Program-made: the position numbers and the translations under genes
Shown here: piece after piece, positions 1 through 8,968 of the stretch
Layout: each line of letters opens with the position of its first letter
Numbering within the stretch: position 1 is the stretch's first letter
The notes under the pieces: model-generated
Told to the model about the DNA's origin: nothing
Database searches by the model: none
What the model saw: the letters and a program-made list of their open reading frames with translations, nothing else
DNA from: a virus
Lineage: Duplodnaviria; Caudoviricetes
Strand: one strand, 5' to 3'
Length of the DNA stretch: 28,939 bases
Virus record (IMG/VR): IMGVR_UViG_3300017565_000338
Coordinates: 1-28,939 of that record

Positions 1-1437
1 TCACGCAATTTTCACCTTGCCGCTACACGCAACGTACATGTGTTCGCCATCGTCTGAAAACTCGAAGTCCGCACCGTGAGCATTTACAACGGAATCGTCA
101 AGCAGTTGACGCGACCAAATAATGTCCCCAGTGTCCGCATCTATCGCCCAAACGTGGCACAACTTGTCATCGATCACGCACAATCCTGAGCAATAAACGA
201 CCCCCTCCCGCTCTCGTGAATCGAAGATAACGCGATAGTAGCTTGCTTCGTAATCGGTAGCGATTGTTTCCGGGATGCTTCCGATGTTCTTAGACCACAC
301 CACTCCAGAGCCGTTGTACTTGCGAACGAAAACACCATCGTTTGTAAGCGAGGAGTTATAGATCGAATCCGCCCCGGCACAGATCGACTGTGAAATGGCA
401 ATCCAGTTCGTCACGGTGGGATCGGCGTAAGAGAAGATCACGTTCAGGTCGCTGTCGACAAGATACAGCGTCCTCTGACCGGGGATTCGTAGTGCTATGT
501 TTGTGCCATTCGAATCAATCGCATCCGCACCGTGAGTCGTCCTGTTATTATAGGTGATGTTCGTGTTGTTTAACTGAATAAAAGAACCAGAACCGAGGCT
601 GTCGACATGAGCCAGGGCAATTCCCGTAAACCGCATTGATGTTCCAGAACCGAGGACACTTTTGTAGGCAATATGGGAGTCCCCATGCCTCACGAGCGGG
701 ATTCCATATGAGAGCATCGCGAAATCGTACACCGTAGCCGATCCTATAGCTGTTCCCGTCCTGTTTAGCGAAAACAGGCCAGACCCGTCGATGTGAGCGT
801 CTCGATCCGGTATAAAGTCACTCCGCCACCAGCCGACGATTACCCCTCCACTTCCGTTGGGAGCCAGGTTCTTTCGAGACGGATTCCTTTTGTCTGCCAT
901 GTATCCCAGGTTGGTGTAACCGATTCCCCCGGAAGTGGACTGAGTTCCGCCATTGACAATGATCGTGATTTCACTCTCTCCGTCGTCAGGAGAGTATCCA
1001 ATGATGTAGCTATTATCCTCAGGCGGGGTCGGCGGAACAGGGCCACCGGTCCATGCCGGTTTTGTCGAGACGTCCGAGGGGATACCCCAGACACGCGAGT
1101 TTCCTTCTCCGTCTTTTGACAAACACCAGTGATAATAATCCGCCGTTTTCGGAATTGTTACGGACGGCATACTGGATGAGACGAGTGCATCGAACGACGA
1201 TCCTAAGTCCGTTCGTGACGCCCATGTTGAAATCGTGTTGGCATCAACGGAAATCCTGATGCCAGCATCAGCAATCCAGTCTTCGCCAGGGTCATACAGG
1301 ACAGCAGTAGACTCCAGCCATGCACGGGGAAACCGAGGCTTCTTTGCGTGCCAGACGACAGCTCCGTCTGACAGGCGAACTTTGAAGATCGTGGCGTAAT
1401 TCACTGGTACATACATGCGAGGGCAACAAAGGCACAT
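1..1437 (-). CDS. Tail-associated / receptor-binding protein with PQQ-like beta-propeller repeats
   Basis: Start placed at ATG 1437, which overlaps the upstream stop (TAATG), giving MCLCCP.... Propeller-type motifs IFKVRLSDGAVVW, RKYNGSGVVW and VWAIDADTGDIIW. Lies distal to the TMP. Confidence 0.6.
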   Translation of the reverse strand: MCLCCPRMYVPVNYATIFKVRLSDGAVVWHAKKPRFPRAWLESTAVLYDPGEDWIADAGIRISVDANTISTWASRTDLGSSFDALVSSSMPSVTIPKTADYYHWCLSKDGEGNSRVWGIPSDVSTKPAWTGGPVPPTPPEDNSYIIGYSPDDGESEITIIVNGGTQSTSGGIGYTNLGYMADKRNPSRKNLAPNGSGGVIVGWWRSDFIPDRDAHIDGSGLFSLNRTGTAIGSATVYDFAMLSYGIPLVRHGDSHIAYKSVLGSGTSMRFTGIALAHVDSLGSGSFIQLNNTNITYNNRTTHGADAIDSNGTNIALRIPGQRTLYLVDSDLNVIFSYADPTVTNWIAISQSICAGADSIYNSSLTNDGVFVRKYNGSGVVWSKNIGSIPETIATDYEASYYRVIFDSREREGVVYCSGLCVIDDKLCHVWAIDADTGDIIWSRQLLDDSVVNAHGADFEFSDDGEHMYVACSGKVKIA

Positions 1438-1901
1438 TATTCGTCGTACCCCTTCCAGTTTGCCGACGAGGCTTTCCACATCCTCAGTGCCCCGCCGCCA
1501 GTAAGGTTGTCTTGAACTGCCGGGAAGTCGATAGTCTTACCTGACAGATCGCCTTTAAAGATCACGTGCAGTGCAACGGCAGGCCATGGGCCGCCAACAA
1601 CTTTCACGTTTCCGACGCCAATACCGGGATGTTCTTCGTACGCCTCTTGAGCCGCTTCCTCAGTGGAATCCCAGTTGATTTCCACATCCTCAGTTTCTTC
1701 ATTGATGACGTAGGTTAAAACAACACTTCCGCCTGACACCGCTCCCGTCGTGCTGAGCAGGTCAACTTCGGAGCATGATCCGCCCCCGCGACTGGTCGGA
1801 TAAATCTGGCGCCGCACACCAACAAGGTTTCGTTTCTGGCGGGCATACTGGCGGACCGTTCTGGCGGTTTTGCGTCCGGCGCGTGGGGTGAGTCCGGGCA
1901 T
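1437..1901 (-). CDS. Minor tail protein with basic N-terminus and a ~90-aa beta-rich accessory domain
   Basis: ATG 1901 (MPGLTPR) with AAGGGG RBS. The segment EVDLLSTTGAVSGGSVVLTY...IGVGNVKVVGGPWP...VIFKGDLSG...LTGG resembles the virion-protein extension domain. Confidence 0.65.
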   Translation of the reverse strand: MPGLTPRAGRKTARTVRQYARQKRNLVGVRRQIYPTSRGGGSCSEVDLLSTTGAVSGGSVVLTYVINEETEDVEINWDSTEEAAQEAYEEHPGIGVGNVKVVGGPWPAVALHVIFKGDLSGKTIDFPAVQDNLTGGGALRMWKASSANWKGYDE

Positions 1902-1911
1902 GGCGTCCCCT

Positions 1912-2847
1912 TTATGACAGGCTGGGAAGCGACGACCCAAAGGCCGCTTCCTCATAGATTTCGATTTCGGCGAACACGGCGGTGGCGTGAGTCGGGTTCT
2001 CGATCAGTTTTCCATCGCCGTCGAGCATCTGCGGATCGGAGACGTAATCCCGTAACTCATCGTCGTATTCCAGAGCGTTCCCATCCTCATCTTTCAGCGG
2101 GAGTTTGATCTTCCGTTTGATCTTCCCCCCTCCAGTGATGTCGACCATTTCATTCAGGCCGTTTTCGTACCGCTTTTCCTTCCAGCCCTCCATGTTGACC
2201 AGCAGCTTGAAACCGACGGTGTAGAACTCGACTCCGTTTTCTTCCTGAATGTCCGACTCGTCCCCCGGTTCAAACAGGAGCGTGCCAGCGGGATAGGAAC
2301 GGCCACGGATGACGAACGTGTCGGAGTTGGTTTTGTCGGCCAGATTATCCATCCACGATGGTGACGCGGCGACATTGATCTGAACTGACCAGACCGGGCA
2401 GGAACTGGGACGGACCACCGGTTCCAGAAACGCATCCCCGGCGGCATTCAGGATGGCGTTCCCGTCACGGTCTTCGAAGCAGGGGATTTCGGACCGGTCG
2501 TAACTCTTGGTCACTTTGGGCCGTCGGCTGAGCGGATTCGGCACCGCTTCCCGTTCCGCTGCGTCTTCGTCCCGTTCGCTGAACGCAATCTTGTAATCGC
2601 AGGTGATATGCCACTGGAGCAGACTGTTCCCATTCCACCGCGCGTATTTCAGGCCGGTGGCTCTGAAGAACGGATTGATCGGATGACCAGAGCCGCGATA
2701 CGGTAAATAACTCCCCGACTGGAGCGCTCCGACGAATGCCAGCGGATGATCGTTCTTGTCATCGACCGTGACGATCCAGCCTTCCGTACAGGTATCCTCA
2801 CTGCCAGACTGATCGTTCGGACATCGTTTACAGGAAATCACGGCCAT
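1912..2847 (-). CDS. Putative tail tip/hub protein immediately downstream of the tape measure
   Basis: 311-aa ORF overlapping the TMP stop by 1 nt. Function inferred from position only. Confidence 0.6.
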   Translation of the reverse strand: MAVISCKRCPNDQSGSEDTCTEGWIVTVDDKNDHPLAFVGALQSGSYLPYRGSGHPINPFFRATGLKYARWNGNSLLQWHITCDYKIAFSERDEDAAEREAVPNPLSRRPKVTKSYDRSEIPCFEDRDGNAILNAAGDAFLEPVVRPSSCPVWSVQINVAASPSWMDNLADKTNSDTFVIRGRSYPAGTLLFEPGDESDIQEENGVEFYTVGFKLLVNMEGWKEKRYENGLNEMVDITGGGKIKRKIKLPLKDEDGNALEYDDELRDYVSDPQMLDGDGKLIENPTHATAVFAEIEIYEEAAFGSSLPSLS

Positions 2848-4400
2848 CAGTAATCCAACTCCTCAATCGTGTCATCACCTGTGTTCGCGGCGATTTGACG
2901 CAAGTACCCTGTCTGGTCCTGAGTGACCTTGAGTTGTTTGTCCGCAACCTTCTTCATGTAGGCATCACGGGCCGCCGCCTGTGCGGCTCCGGAGGACTGA
3001 ATCAGCTTGTAGGCTTCGACGGAATCCACCCGGGCACCGACGGGACCACTGGTCTTGTCTGTAGTGGTTTTCCCTTTTGCGGCCGTGTTCTGGAGCACGC
3101 CTTGAGCGCTGGATTGAAACGATGTTTCCGTTCCCAGCCTCATCTGATTCCGTTCGTCCAGAAACTCCCGCAAGCTGGCACCGGCGGAATTTCCCAAGCG
3201 AGCGAAATCCGCATTGAGTTGCTGTTCCAGCGGTCCCATTTCCCGTTTGGGGATCTCCGGGAGTGATCGGATCGTATTCACAAAACCGTCCGTCAGCGGC
3301 TTCCAGGTCAACTGCAGAGACTTCGTTCCCCCGCTGGCGATGAATTCCCAGATGGACGAAAAGATATTCCGAATGTTCTCCCCCAGATTGATCAGCATCG
3401 TCAGGGAGAGGTCCAGAGCCGTTCGCCAGATGCTGGACCAGTTTTTACCAAACCACGAAAACAGCGACGGGAGAACACCAGTGAAGAAATGGACCACTTC
3501 CGCTTCGAACGCCACCACGCCAAGCTTGGCCCCGGCAAAGGTGAGTTGAGCGACTTCCTGCCAGTTGGCAAATGCCCATGCCACCATGTCGGTTGCGGTC
3601 ATGATGGTACTGGTGATGAACCCGAACACCTGACCGGCAATGGGAGCCAGCGAACGGAAGCCGTCCACCACCGAAGTGATCATGGGAGCCAGAAAGATGG
3701 CCATCTGCTGGGCGAGCCCGGTGACGGCCCCCTTCATGCGATCGATGGCATCGTTGGCTGCGGCCACCTGATCGACGTCTGACTGGCTGAAGACTTTTCC
3801 GAGTGCGTCTGCTTCTCCCATCTTCTCCAGCAGACCGTCACTCCCCAGTGAAATCAGGTCCAGCATTTCTTTGGAACTATTGCCGAACAACTGGAACGAG
3901 GCCGCCATCTTCTCCGCTTGAGTCGGGAGCTTATTGATTTCATCCGAGACCAGACGAAATGCCTGAGACGGGTCCATACTGGCGAGCCCCGCCGCATCCA
4001 GCTTGAGTTTTTTGATGGTCCCCATGGCCGCCCCGCCCCCCTGGGCTCCGAACGCCATCCGGCGACTGAAACGGGTCATCGCGGAACTCATCTCATTCCC
4101 CGCCAGACCCGCCATCTCAGCGGCATGTCGTAGCCGGACCAGTTCTTCGACCGGCATTCCCAAGGCCGCCGCCATCTTGCCGGTATTATCGATCGCTTCC
4201 ATCGCGTCGACGGTCAGTTGCTTGAACGCATTGATACCGGCAACCGCAGCCAATCCGGAAGCGATCCCCAGCCCGATGGAAGCCATCTTCTTCACGGTGA
4301 AGTCACCGAACCCGGCCAGTTCGTTCCGGGCCGCATTGATGCCGCTGCTGAACGGAGTGCGGTTCAGGCCGAGATTGACGACAAGGTCACCGATGGTCAT
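2847..4400 (-). CDS. Tail tape measure protein
   Basis: N-terminal IGDLVVNLGLN motif, Ala/Gly-rich helical composition, W/F-periodic central region, position after the tail chaperones. Confidence 0.9.
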   Translation of the reverse strand: MTIGDLVVNLGLNRTPFSSGINAARNELAGFGDFTVKKMASIGLGIASGLAAVAGINAFKQLTVDAMEAIDNTGKMAAALGMPVEELVRLRHAAEMAGLAGNEMSSAMTRFSRRMAFGAQGGGAAMGTIKKLKLDAAGLASMDPSQAFRLVSDEINKLPTQAEKMAASFQLFGNSSKEMLDLISLGSDGLLEKMGEADALGKVFSQSDVDQVAAANDAIDRMKGAVTGLAQQMAIFLAPMITSVVDGFRSLAPIAGQVFGFITSTIMTATDMVAWAFANWQEVAQLTFAGAKLGVVAFEAEVVHFFTGVLPSLFSWFGKNWSSIWRTALDLSLTMLINLGENIRNIFSSIWEFIASGGTKSLQLTWKPLTDGFVNTIRSLPEIPKREMGPLEQQLNADFARLGNSAGASLREFLDERNQMRLGTETSFQSSAQGVLQNTAAKGKTTTDKTSGPVGARVDSVEAYKLIQSSGAAQAAARDAYMKKVADKQLKVTQDQTGYLRQIAANTGDDTIEELDY

Positions 4401-4666
4401 GGGAACAACTCTGCAGTTTCACCGGACAGTGTTTTATGGGGCTTGTCAAACAGCGGGATCACCTGCAGTGGAGTCGGAACATATTCTCCGATGACAACAG
4501 GTGCACGGTTTTCTGTGCGGATCCGGCCATCCTCATGGAGAGCGAATCGTCGAACCCAGCCGGATTCCGTGTGGCATTCGAGACACTTTTTGACTTCCTG
4601 TCCGTTGGCATCCAGAATCTGAACCGGCTGTCCGATTGCTGATGTGTTTTCGACGGTGAGAATCAT
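4397..4666 (-). CDS. Hypothetical phage protein
   Basis: 89-aa ORF, ATGA overlap with the TMP start, GGGA RBS upstream. Confidence 0.6.
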   Translation of the reverse strand: MILTVENTSAIGQPVQILDANGQEVKKCLECHTESGWVRRFALHEDGRIRTENRAPVVIGEYVPTPLQVIPLFDKPHKTLSGETAELFP

Positions 4667-4679
4667 GAGTCGCGTTCCC

Positions 4680-5063
4680 TCAGACTGATTGCCGGATATG
4701 GGCCTGGGCTTTCAGAACTGCCGATTCCATGTTCACCCGCATCGCTTCCGCCTCCATGGCTTCGGTGGCTTCCTTTTCCGGCTCATCGTTCAACCAGGGA
4801 CAAAATGACTTCGGAGTGATCTCCTGAAGAACTTCGCTTTTCTCCCCGGCCAGTGATCCCAGATACCGGACCACCGCCGCCATGAATCCGGCAATCGCCG
4901 CATCCAGACGTTCGGGACCGATCGGACAAATCTGAGAATCAAACGCCTGCCAGTCCCGGAAATCTTCTTCGTCGATCTGGTCGAGCATTTCCCGCCAGTC
5001 GACCGTATGAGCGACTCCCGCAGCCAGCCGCATGGCGAACAGCTTGCGGGAGTCGTCCGTCAG
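4680..5063 (-). CDS. Tail assembly chaperone, C-terminal (gpT-like) part reached by -1 frameshift
   Basis: The -1 frame from the A AAA AAC slippery site reads LTDDSRKLFA directly into MRLAAG... (ATG 5033). EDFRDWQAF...PIGPERLD is typical of gpT-like proteins. Confidence 0.8.
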   Translation of the reverse strand: MTDDSRKLFAMRLAAGVAHTVDWREMLDQIDEEDFRDWQAFDSQICPIGPERLDAAIAGFMAAVVRYLGSLAGEKSEVLQEITPKSFCPWLNDEPEKEATEAMEAEAMRVNMESAVLKAQAHIRQSV

Positions 5064-5434
5064 TTTTTTGCAAGTGATTCCAGATCCGCTTCCGCAATCC
5101 GGTTCACTTCCGTCGCGGCTGCCGAGACAAATTCGACAATAACCCCATCCTGTTCACTCAGGCCGTCCAGATCGGCAGGCGTCAGCAAGCGCGTCCCGGA
5201 TTCATCACAGAGCGTGGCGATGACCAGCCTCTGCCGGACTTCCCGCTGACGCTGAGCCAACGGTTTTCCGTTCTTGTTCGTGAACTGGGATTCGAACTCT
5301 CCCCGTTCCCTGGCGGTCATCCGGAGAACGTAGAATGTCTCTCCCGAAAACCCTTCCGGAAAGTCGTCGGGAAATTGGAAATCCCGGACGACCCGTCCCG
5401 CTTTTTTCAACATCTGTTCGCGTGCAAAACTCAT
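5060..5434 (-). CDS. Tail assembly chaperone (gpG-like)
   Basis: 124 aa with VLRMTARERGEFE and LCDESGTRL motifs. Ends ...LAKN* on a slippery heptamer. Confidence 0.85.
   Translation of the reverse strand: MSFAREQMLKKAGRVVRDFQFPDDFPEGFSGETFYVLRMTARERGEFESQFTNKNGKPLAQRQREVRQRLVIATLCDESGTRLLTPADLDGLSEQDGVIVEFVSAAATEVNRIAEADLESLAKN
5063..5069 (-). other. Programmed -1 ribosomal frameshift site A AAA AAC
   Basis: Minus strand reads GCA AAA AAC TGA. This is an X XXY YYZ heptamer just before the stop, and the -1 frame stays open into the downstream ORF. Confidence 0.85.
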
Positions 5435-5490
5435 GATGGTCTCTGGCTCTCTGGTTCAAATGACTTGAAGGAAAAACGGACGGGGAAATG

Positions 5491-5820
5491 TCAGGCGGGA
5501 GCCGGTTCCTTCTTCCCGTTCTTCTTCTGGCCGGGGATGTCGTACCCTATTCCCAGCGAGAGACGTTCGGCAGCGGCGATCACCTTTTCCATCTGCTTCT
5601 CCGTCAGTCCCGCCCGCTGACGGCATTCGTCATCTTCGGGAACAGCCGCCCCCAGCGTGACCAGACGCCATGCTTCGGGGTGATCGATGATCGTTCCGGC
5701 GGGAGCCTTCTTCGTCATGGAAATGGGATATCGCTCCCCTCTGGCCACGCAAAGAGTGTGGTGATCCCGGTTGTAATCAGGATTGAGAACATCGTGTTCA
5801 CGAACGAGTTTGGCTTTCAT
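5491..5820 (-). CDS. Hypothetical phage tail-region protein
   Basis: 109-aa ORF between tail tube and chaperone, AGGA RBS. Confidence 0.7.
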   Translation of the reverse strand: MKAKLVREHDVLNPDYNRDHHTLCVARGERYPISMTKKAPAGTIIDHPEAWRLVTLGAAVPEDDECRQRAGLTEKQMEKVIAAAERLSLGIGYDIPGQKKNGKKEPAPA

Positions 5821-5871
5821 GGGAATTGTCCTGTGAAATGAATTCAGGGAATGGGAGTCGGGAACAGGGGT

Positions 5872-6291
5872 TTATTCCGGCGCTTCCGGATAGGTCGCCA
5901 GTCCGGTCAATTGCATGGAGCCGCTCGCCTTGAGCATCTCCCCAACGCCCGCCGCTGGTGTCAGTGACTTCAGGATGGCGGAATAAGACATCGGAGTTCC
6001 GACCGGATACTGATTCTGCCAGTTCTTGACTGCAGGGGCTCCCAGCAGACTGGTCAGTGTCTGGTGAGTGGTGAGCAACGGATCCCAGTAGATTTCGAAA
6101 TCGCTGGTCCCCGGTTCCACCCAGCCGGTGACGTCGTGAGCGATTTCGTTTCCCACCTGATCCAATGTCGGGGTTTCGGTATCCTGAACTTCCGGACCGG
6201 GCCCGTTCAGGCTGATCAGTTGTGCCACACTGGTGTAGACGGACGCAATTTCAATCTTCAGAGTCGTTCCCTTGGAACTCCGTTTGGACAT
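5872..6291 (-). CDS. Major tail (tube) protein
   Basis: SKGTTLKI N-terminus, GP..E..D.ETPTLD and GWVEPG motifs, position after the tail terminator. Confidence 0.8.
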   Translation of the reverse strand: MSKRSSKGTTLKIEIASVYTSVAQLISLNGPGPEVQDTETPTLDQVGNEIAHDVTGWVEPGTSDFEIYWDPLLTTHQTLTSLLGAPAVKNWQNQYPVGTPMSYSAILKSLTPAAGVGEMLKASGSMQLTGLATYPEAPE

Positions 6292-6292
6292 G

Positions 6293-6733
6293 TCAGGCTC
6301 TCCTGTTGTGAATTCGTAACGTGATCTGGTTGACGTGTCGTCCTCTGGTTTCCCCGTTCAACGGTGGTTCGTATCCGGCTTTGCAATCCTGCAGGTAGAC
6401 CGCTTCCACCTCACGGGTTCCCATCGTCCCGGTGAAGTTGTCGCTGTCTTCCGGGAACAGGGCGTCCAGCAGAAGGTTCCCGACTCGAAGTGCCTTCCCG
6501 GCGGTCTCGCATTTCACGTCCAGGTCAACTTCTTCATCCACCAGATCCCGATGAGTTTTGTCGTTCGGATCAACGGTGTTTCCGTAATCGCCGTCCGTGA
6601 CACTGATCAGGATGTATTCCCGGCTGTTGGGAGGGGCATCGTCGATGAACACCGGTTCCGCACCACTCCCCGTCAACTGTGAGATCACAGCCGTTTGCGA
6701 CAGAAGCCAGGTACGTAATCCGGTTTCAATCAT
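6293..6733 (-). CDS. Tail terminator / tail completion protein (DUF3168-like)
   Basis: MIETGLRTWLL...VFIDDAPP...YILIS pattern; immediately upstream of the tail tube gene. Confidence 0.7.
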   Translation of the reverse strand: MIETGLRTWLLSQTAVISQLTGSGAEPVFIDDAPPNSREYILISVTDGDYGNTVDPNDKTHRDLVDEEVDLDVKCETAGKALRVGNLLLDALFPEDSDNFTGTMGTREVEAVYLQDCKAGYEPPLNGETRGRHVNQITLRIHNRRA

Positions 6734-7203
6734 TTCTTCTTGAGCTTGGCCAGCCCTTCCCGTGTCTTCTCGGCAATCTTGGCGAACACCGCCGGACGGG
6801 ATTTCAGAGCCGCATCAAACGTGATTTTCCGATTGATCCGGATCGCTCCGGTACTCCGCCCGGTTGTTTTCTGTTCCCGCTCGTTCGTTCCGGCCATCAC
6901 CGCAAAGCCATGCTTGGCCATCTGTGTTCGTTTCTTCCCGACGTTGACGCCCCATTTGCCGACGGCGTATCCAGCCCGATTCTGACGATCCTTCTTGAGA
7001 GAGATGCCGACCGACTTTTTAACGGCTTTGGTAACGCCGACCGGAACCTCTTTCCTCAAATCTTTGGCACCCACCCGCAGTCCAGCCCGAACCGCATTCC
7101 GGCCAATCCGGCGAGCATCCTTGTCGGCCAGTTGTCGCAGGCGTTTATCGAGTTCCATCCCGCCATGGAGCGGGAGTCTGCCGTCGAATTTGACCGCTCG
7201 CAT
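6730..7203 (-). CDS. HK97 gp10-like neck/tail component
   Basis: Very basic; GGMELDKRLRQL...RNAVRAG pattern; expected position. Confidence 0.75.
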   Translation of the reverse strand: MRAVKFDGRLPLHGGMELDKRLRQLADKDARRIGRNAVRAGLRVGAKDLRKEVPVGVTKAVKKSVGISLKKDRQNRAGYAVGKWGVNVGKKRTQMAKHGFAVMAGTNEREQKTTGRSTGAIRINRKITFDAALKSRPAVFAKIAEKTREGLAKLKKK

Positions 7204-7560
7204 TTAAACCTCCGATCCCTGGAACTCGATGTAGTGGGGAACATCCCGCACGGTCTTGATGGACGTGATGTTGATCGTGACGTTCTTCTCGTGGTTGCAG
7301 AATGCAATCCGGTCCTGATGGGTAATGCTCTGGGTCAGATCGTCCCCCCGGCAAAGAACGCTCCAATCGGCACTGGGTTGTGGCTGGTTCTGAGCATATC
7401 CTTCTTTGGACTGGATCTGCTTGACGTCAGCGTACCGGTCTCTTAATTCACGCCAGTTCGCCCAGAATGAGTCATCAACCTGCCCGGCCTCATCCTTCGG
7501 GACATTCTCCCGGAGTCGTTGAAACGTGATTTTTCGATTGAGTCGGGCATTGACGGCCAT
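7204..7560 (-). CDS. Head-tail adaptor / head closure protein
   Basis: Start at ATG 7560. RLNRKITFQR...DEAGQ...W motif and ITHQDRI. Confidence 0.85.
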   Translation of the reverse strand: MAVNARLNRKITFQRLRENVPKDEAGQVDDSFWANWRELRDRYADVKQIQSKEGYAQNQPQPSADWSVLCRGDDLTQSITHQDRIAFCNHEKNVTINITSIKTVRDVPHYIEFQGSEV

Positions 7561-7565
7561 GGTGA

Positions 7566-8147
7566 TCAAATCCACCGCAAGAGACTGAGTTGCTGTTCAT
7601 AGAACGGATCGGCGGACGGAGCGTTTCCGGTCTGTAACCGGTTCTCGTACCAGTAGCCCGTCAGATAATAGGCCAGACGCTTTGCTGAAGGAGGCCATGG
7701 GTGTCCTTCATAACCCCCGCATTTGAACTTCACAGAAACAGGATTCAGTGCATTACGTTGCGTGACCGGCCAGACTTTTCCCGGAGCCGGTGCCAGTCGA
7801 GCAGGCTGACTGTCTCCGTCAAACTGATAGTCTGATTCCGAGAGAGTGACGAGGGAACCGGATTGATCCCGATAGGAAAACTCCAGAATCTCCGTCACCG
7901 GCGGACGTGGAATTTCAATCGGCTCTTGTCCATTGGGGAACTCATCCAATCGCAGGTACGCTTCCGCTTCCAATAACTGAATCGAACAGGCGTCCTGGAT
8001 CAGGTTCACTGCGGCCAGGAACAGATCTCTGACAATCATTGTTTGTTCCCAATCGTGATAATTGATCCCAAGATACCGAAGGACCTCCACATACGGACCG
8101 ACACTTGTGCACACTATTTCGTCTTGGGAAACAATGGTGACGGTCAT
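7566..8147 (-). CDS. Head-tail connector protein (HK97 gp6 / phiE125 gp8-like)
   Basis: LDEFP...IEIPRPPV...WPVT...V.V.F.CG and YWYENR motifs. Confidence 0.85.
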   Translation of the reverse strand: MTVTIVSQDEIVCTSVGPYVEVLRYLGINYHDWEQTMIVRDLFLAAVNLIQDACSIQLLEAEAYLRLDEFPNGQEPIEIPRPPVTEILEFSYRDQSGSLVTLSESDYQFDGDSQPARLAPAPGKVWPVTQRNALNPVSVKFKCGGYEGHPWPPSAKRLAYYLTGYWYENRLQTGNAPSADPFYEQQLSLLRWI

Positions 8148-8181
8148 GACAGTTCAATTCTTTCCGCAACGATCAGACAGT

Positions 8182-8622
8182 TCACTCTTTGGTCCCGACC
8201 AACGCCACCAGTTCCTTCACGCTGCTTCCGAGCGTGGTGGGAATGACGCGGGACTTGTACCGGATAGCGAACACCCCATCGATGACCGCGTTGGCCGTTC
8301 CCCGACCCACCACCGGACGGACATACAACTTGGAGGGCTGGAGGATGTCCAGAACCAGCAACTTGTTGCCGTCGGCGTCTGCCAGAGCCTGTGTGGAGGA
8401 GCCTTGAATGTCGGTGTAATCGTCAGCAGACCCGTTATCGCTGGACTGCTGGGCTTTCAGGCTGGTGACCTGAGTGGCGGTCAGGGCACCAAACGCCGCG
8501 ACGAACATGACTCCCTGATATCCCTCCATGGAGAGACCGGTTCCGTTCTGGGGAGTCGTCCCGGCAGCAACACCATTCAGGACGCGGGTGATATCGATTT
8601 CTTGTGAAAGCATGAGTGTCAT
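8182..8622 (-). CDS. Putative head decoration/cement protein
   Basis: 146-aa beta-rich protein after the capsid (G.GLSMEGYQGVMFV..FG, QQSSDNG..DDY); ATGA overlap. Confidence 0.55.
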   Translation of the reverse strand: MTLMLSQEIDITRVLNGVAAGTTPQNGTGLSMEGYQGVMFVAAFGALTATQVTSLKAQQSSDNGSADDYTDIQGSSTQALADADGNKLLVLDILQPSKLYVRPVVGRGTANAVIDGVFAIRYKSRVIPTTLGSSVKELVALVGTKE

Positions 8623-8912
8623 TCCTTCGATTCAGAGGATGCCGCTTCGGAAGACATTCCGGCGGGAGCATCGGGAGTCGGTTTCGGTTTTTTAGTCCGC
8701 TTCGGCTTTGCCGGTTGCGGATTGGCAGCGGGAACATCAGGAGTCGGCTCCTCCCCCATCGCTCTGGGAGGAGGACTCCCGACAAAGACCGCCTGTCCCC
8801 CGTCGACCATCCGCCATGCTTCCCCTGTCTCAATTTCCACTTCCTGCCCGGGAACCTGACTGAAGTCAGATCCGACACGGGAGACGAGAAGTTTGATCAG
8901 AGCGGTTGTCAT
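8619..8912 (-). CDS. Small post-capsid hypothetical protein with Pro/Lys-rich tail
   Basis: PGQEVEI...EA.RMV..G.A motif, common in genes right after HK97 capsids; AAGG RBS. Confidence 0.7.
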   Translation of the reverse strand: MTTALIKLLVSRVGSDFSQVPGQEVEIETGEAWRMVDGGQAVFVGSPPPRAMGEEPTPDVPAANPQPAKPKRTKKPKPTPDAPAGMSSEAASSESKE

Positions 8913-8968
8913 GGCGATGGCCTTCAGTCATCCGGGAGGCAAGCGGGAATCAACAGGAGCAGCACGGT

